Part shown: positions 53,668-53,988 of the stretch, in pieces | Layout: each line of letters begins with the position of its first letter | Numbering within the stretch: position 1 is the stretch's first letter | IMG/VR virus record: IMGVR_UViG_3300037502_002706 | Coordinates: 1 to 53,988 of that record | Reading direction: 5' to 3' (one strand) | Source of the DNA: a virus | Lineage: Duplodnaviria; Caudoviricetes | Length of the DNA: 53,988 bases | Program-made: the position numbers and the translations under genes | The notes under the pieces: generated by a model | Database searches by the model: none | What the model was told of the DNA's origin: nothing | Seen by the model: the letters and a program-made list of their open reading frames with translations, nothing else

Positions 53668-53988
53668 TCAGTTCTCGCTGCGAGTGGCGGTGCGGTCGGT
53701 AATGCGCTTCAGGTCTTCGCCGGAGAGCGCCTGCGCCGCCCGGTCAAACATCGCCTGCCACGTGCCGATGCGTTGATCGTTCTTGAGGAACGGCTGCGCC
53801 TCAAGCAGCGTGCCGTACAGCAGCAGGTCAGGCGCGTACCCGGTGAGCCAGTTGTCCTGGTACTCGTCGTCAAGGAACCGGGGCTGCTCGTAGTACAGGA
53901 TCTCCAGCGTGCTGGCGGCCACAGGCGTAGGCGCGAGCAGCCAGTGCTGGTAGTCGTAGTCGGCGTAGAACTCCGGCGCCGCGGTGGC
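53668..53988 (-). CDS. Putative head-tail adaptor protein, C-terminal part (enters from the right end)
   Basis: Frame is open to the window edge: PEFYADYDYQHWLLAPTP...NWLT.YAPDLLLYGTL.EAQPFLKND.RI..W. Confidence 0.65.
   Translation of the reverse strand, partial: ATAAPEFYADYDYQHWLLAPTPVAASTLEILYYEQPRFLDDEYQDNWLTGYAPDLLLYGTLLEAQPFLKNDQRIGTWQAMFDRAAQALSGEDLKRITDRTATRSEN

Noticed and set aside
1-53988. Prophage, tRNA or lysis module
   Set aside because: No integrase, repressor pair, host genes, tRNA cloverleaf or endolysin was recognised. Lysis genes may lie outside the window.

Overview
The window is most of a GC-rich, apparently lytic tailed-phage genome with podovirus-like architecture. The minus-strand virion operon runs off the left end inside a tail-fibre gene and re-enters at the right end inside an adaptor gene, so the window looks like a cut through a circular or permuted map. 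Minus strand 1-19.4 kb holds TerS, MazG, TerL, a cassette of accessory proteins, portal, GroES, scaffold, a Mu gpT-like major capsid followed by a probable Mu-gpT-DE RNA, adaptor, tail fibres and a Dps-like protein. Minus strand 19.4-26.7 kb holds small ORFs, primase-polymerase/helicase and an SF2 helicase. A divergent control region at about 26.75-26.92 kb opens the plus-strand arm (26.9-40.07 kb): early small ORFs, a thymidine-hypermodification cluster (PLP enzyme, amino acid:DNA transferase, P-loop kinase, 5-hmdU DNA kinase, dUMP hydroxymethylase, HD hydrolase, DUF3310), family-B DNA polymerase, Sak4-like ATPase, SSB, Cas4-like nuclease and RuvC-like resolvase. Minus strand 40.07-54 kb holds tail hub and large ejection proteins. 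Most interesting: (1) the hypermodification cluster lacks a radical-SAM enzyme and sits in a podovirus-like genome; (2) a shared [YF]xxGG motif marks ejection proteins and several effector-like accessory proteins; (3) an ejection protein has two repeat arms that match in mirror order; (4) a stand-alone protein consists of two copies of the primase-helicase C-terminal domain and lies next to an iteron/cruciform element. All family assignments come from motif recognition by eye; no searches were run. No integrase, lysis genes, tRNA or CRISPR array were recognised.
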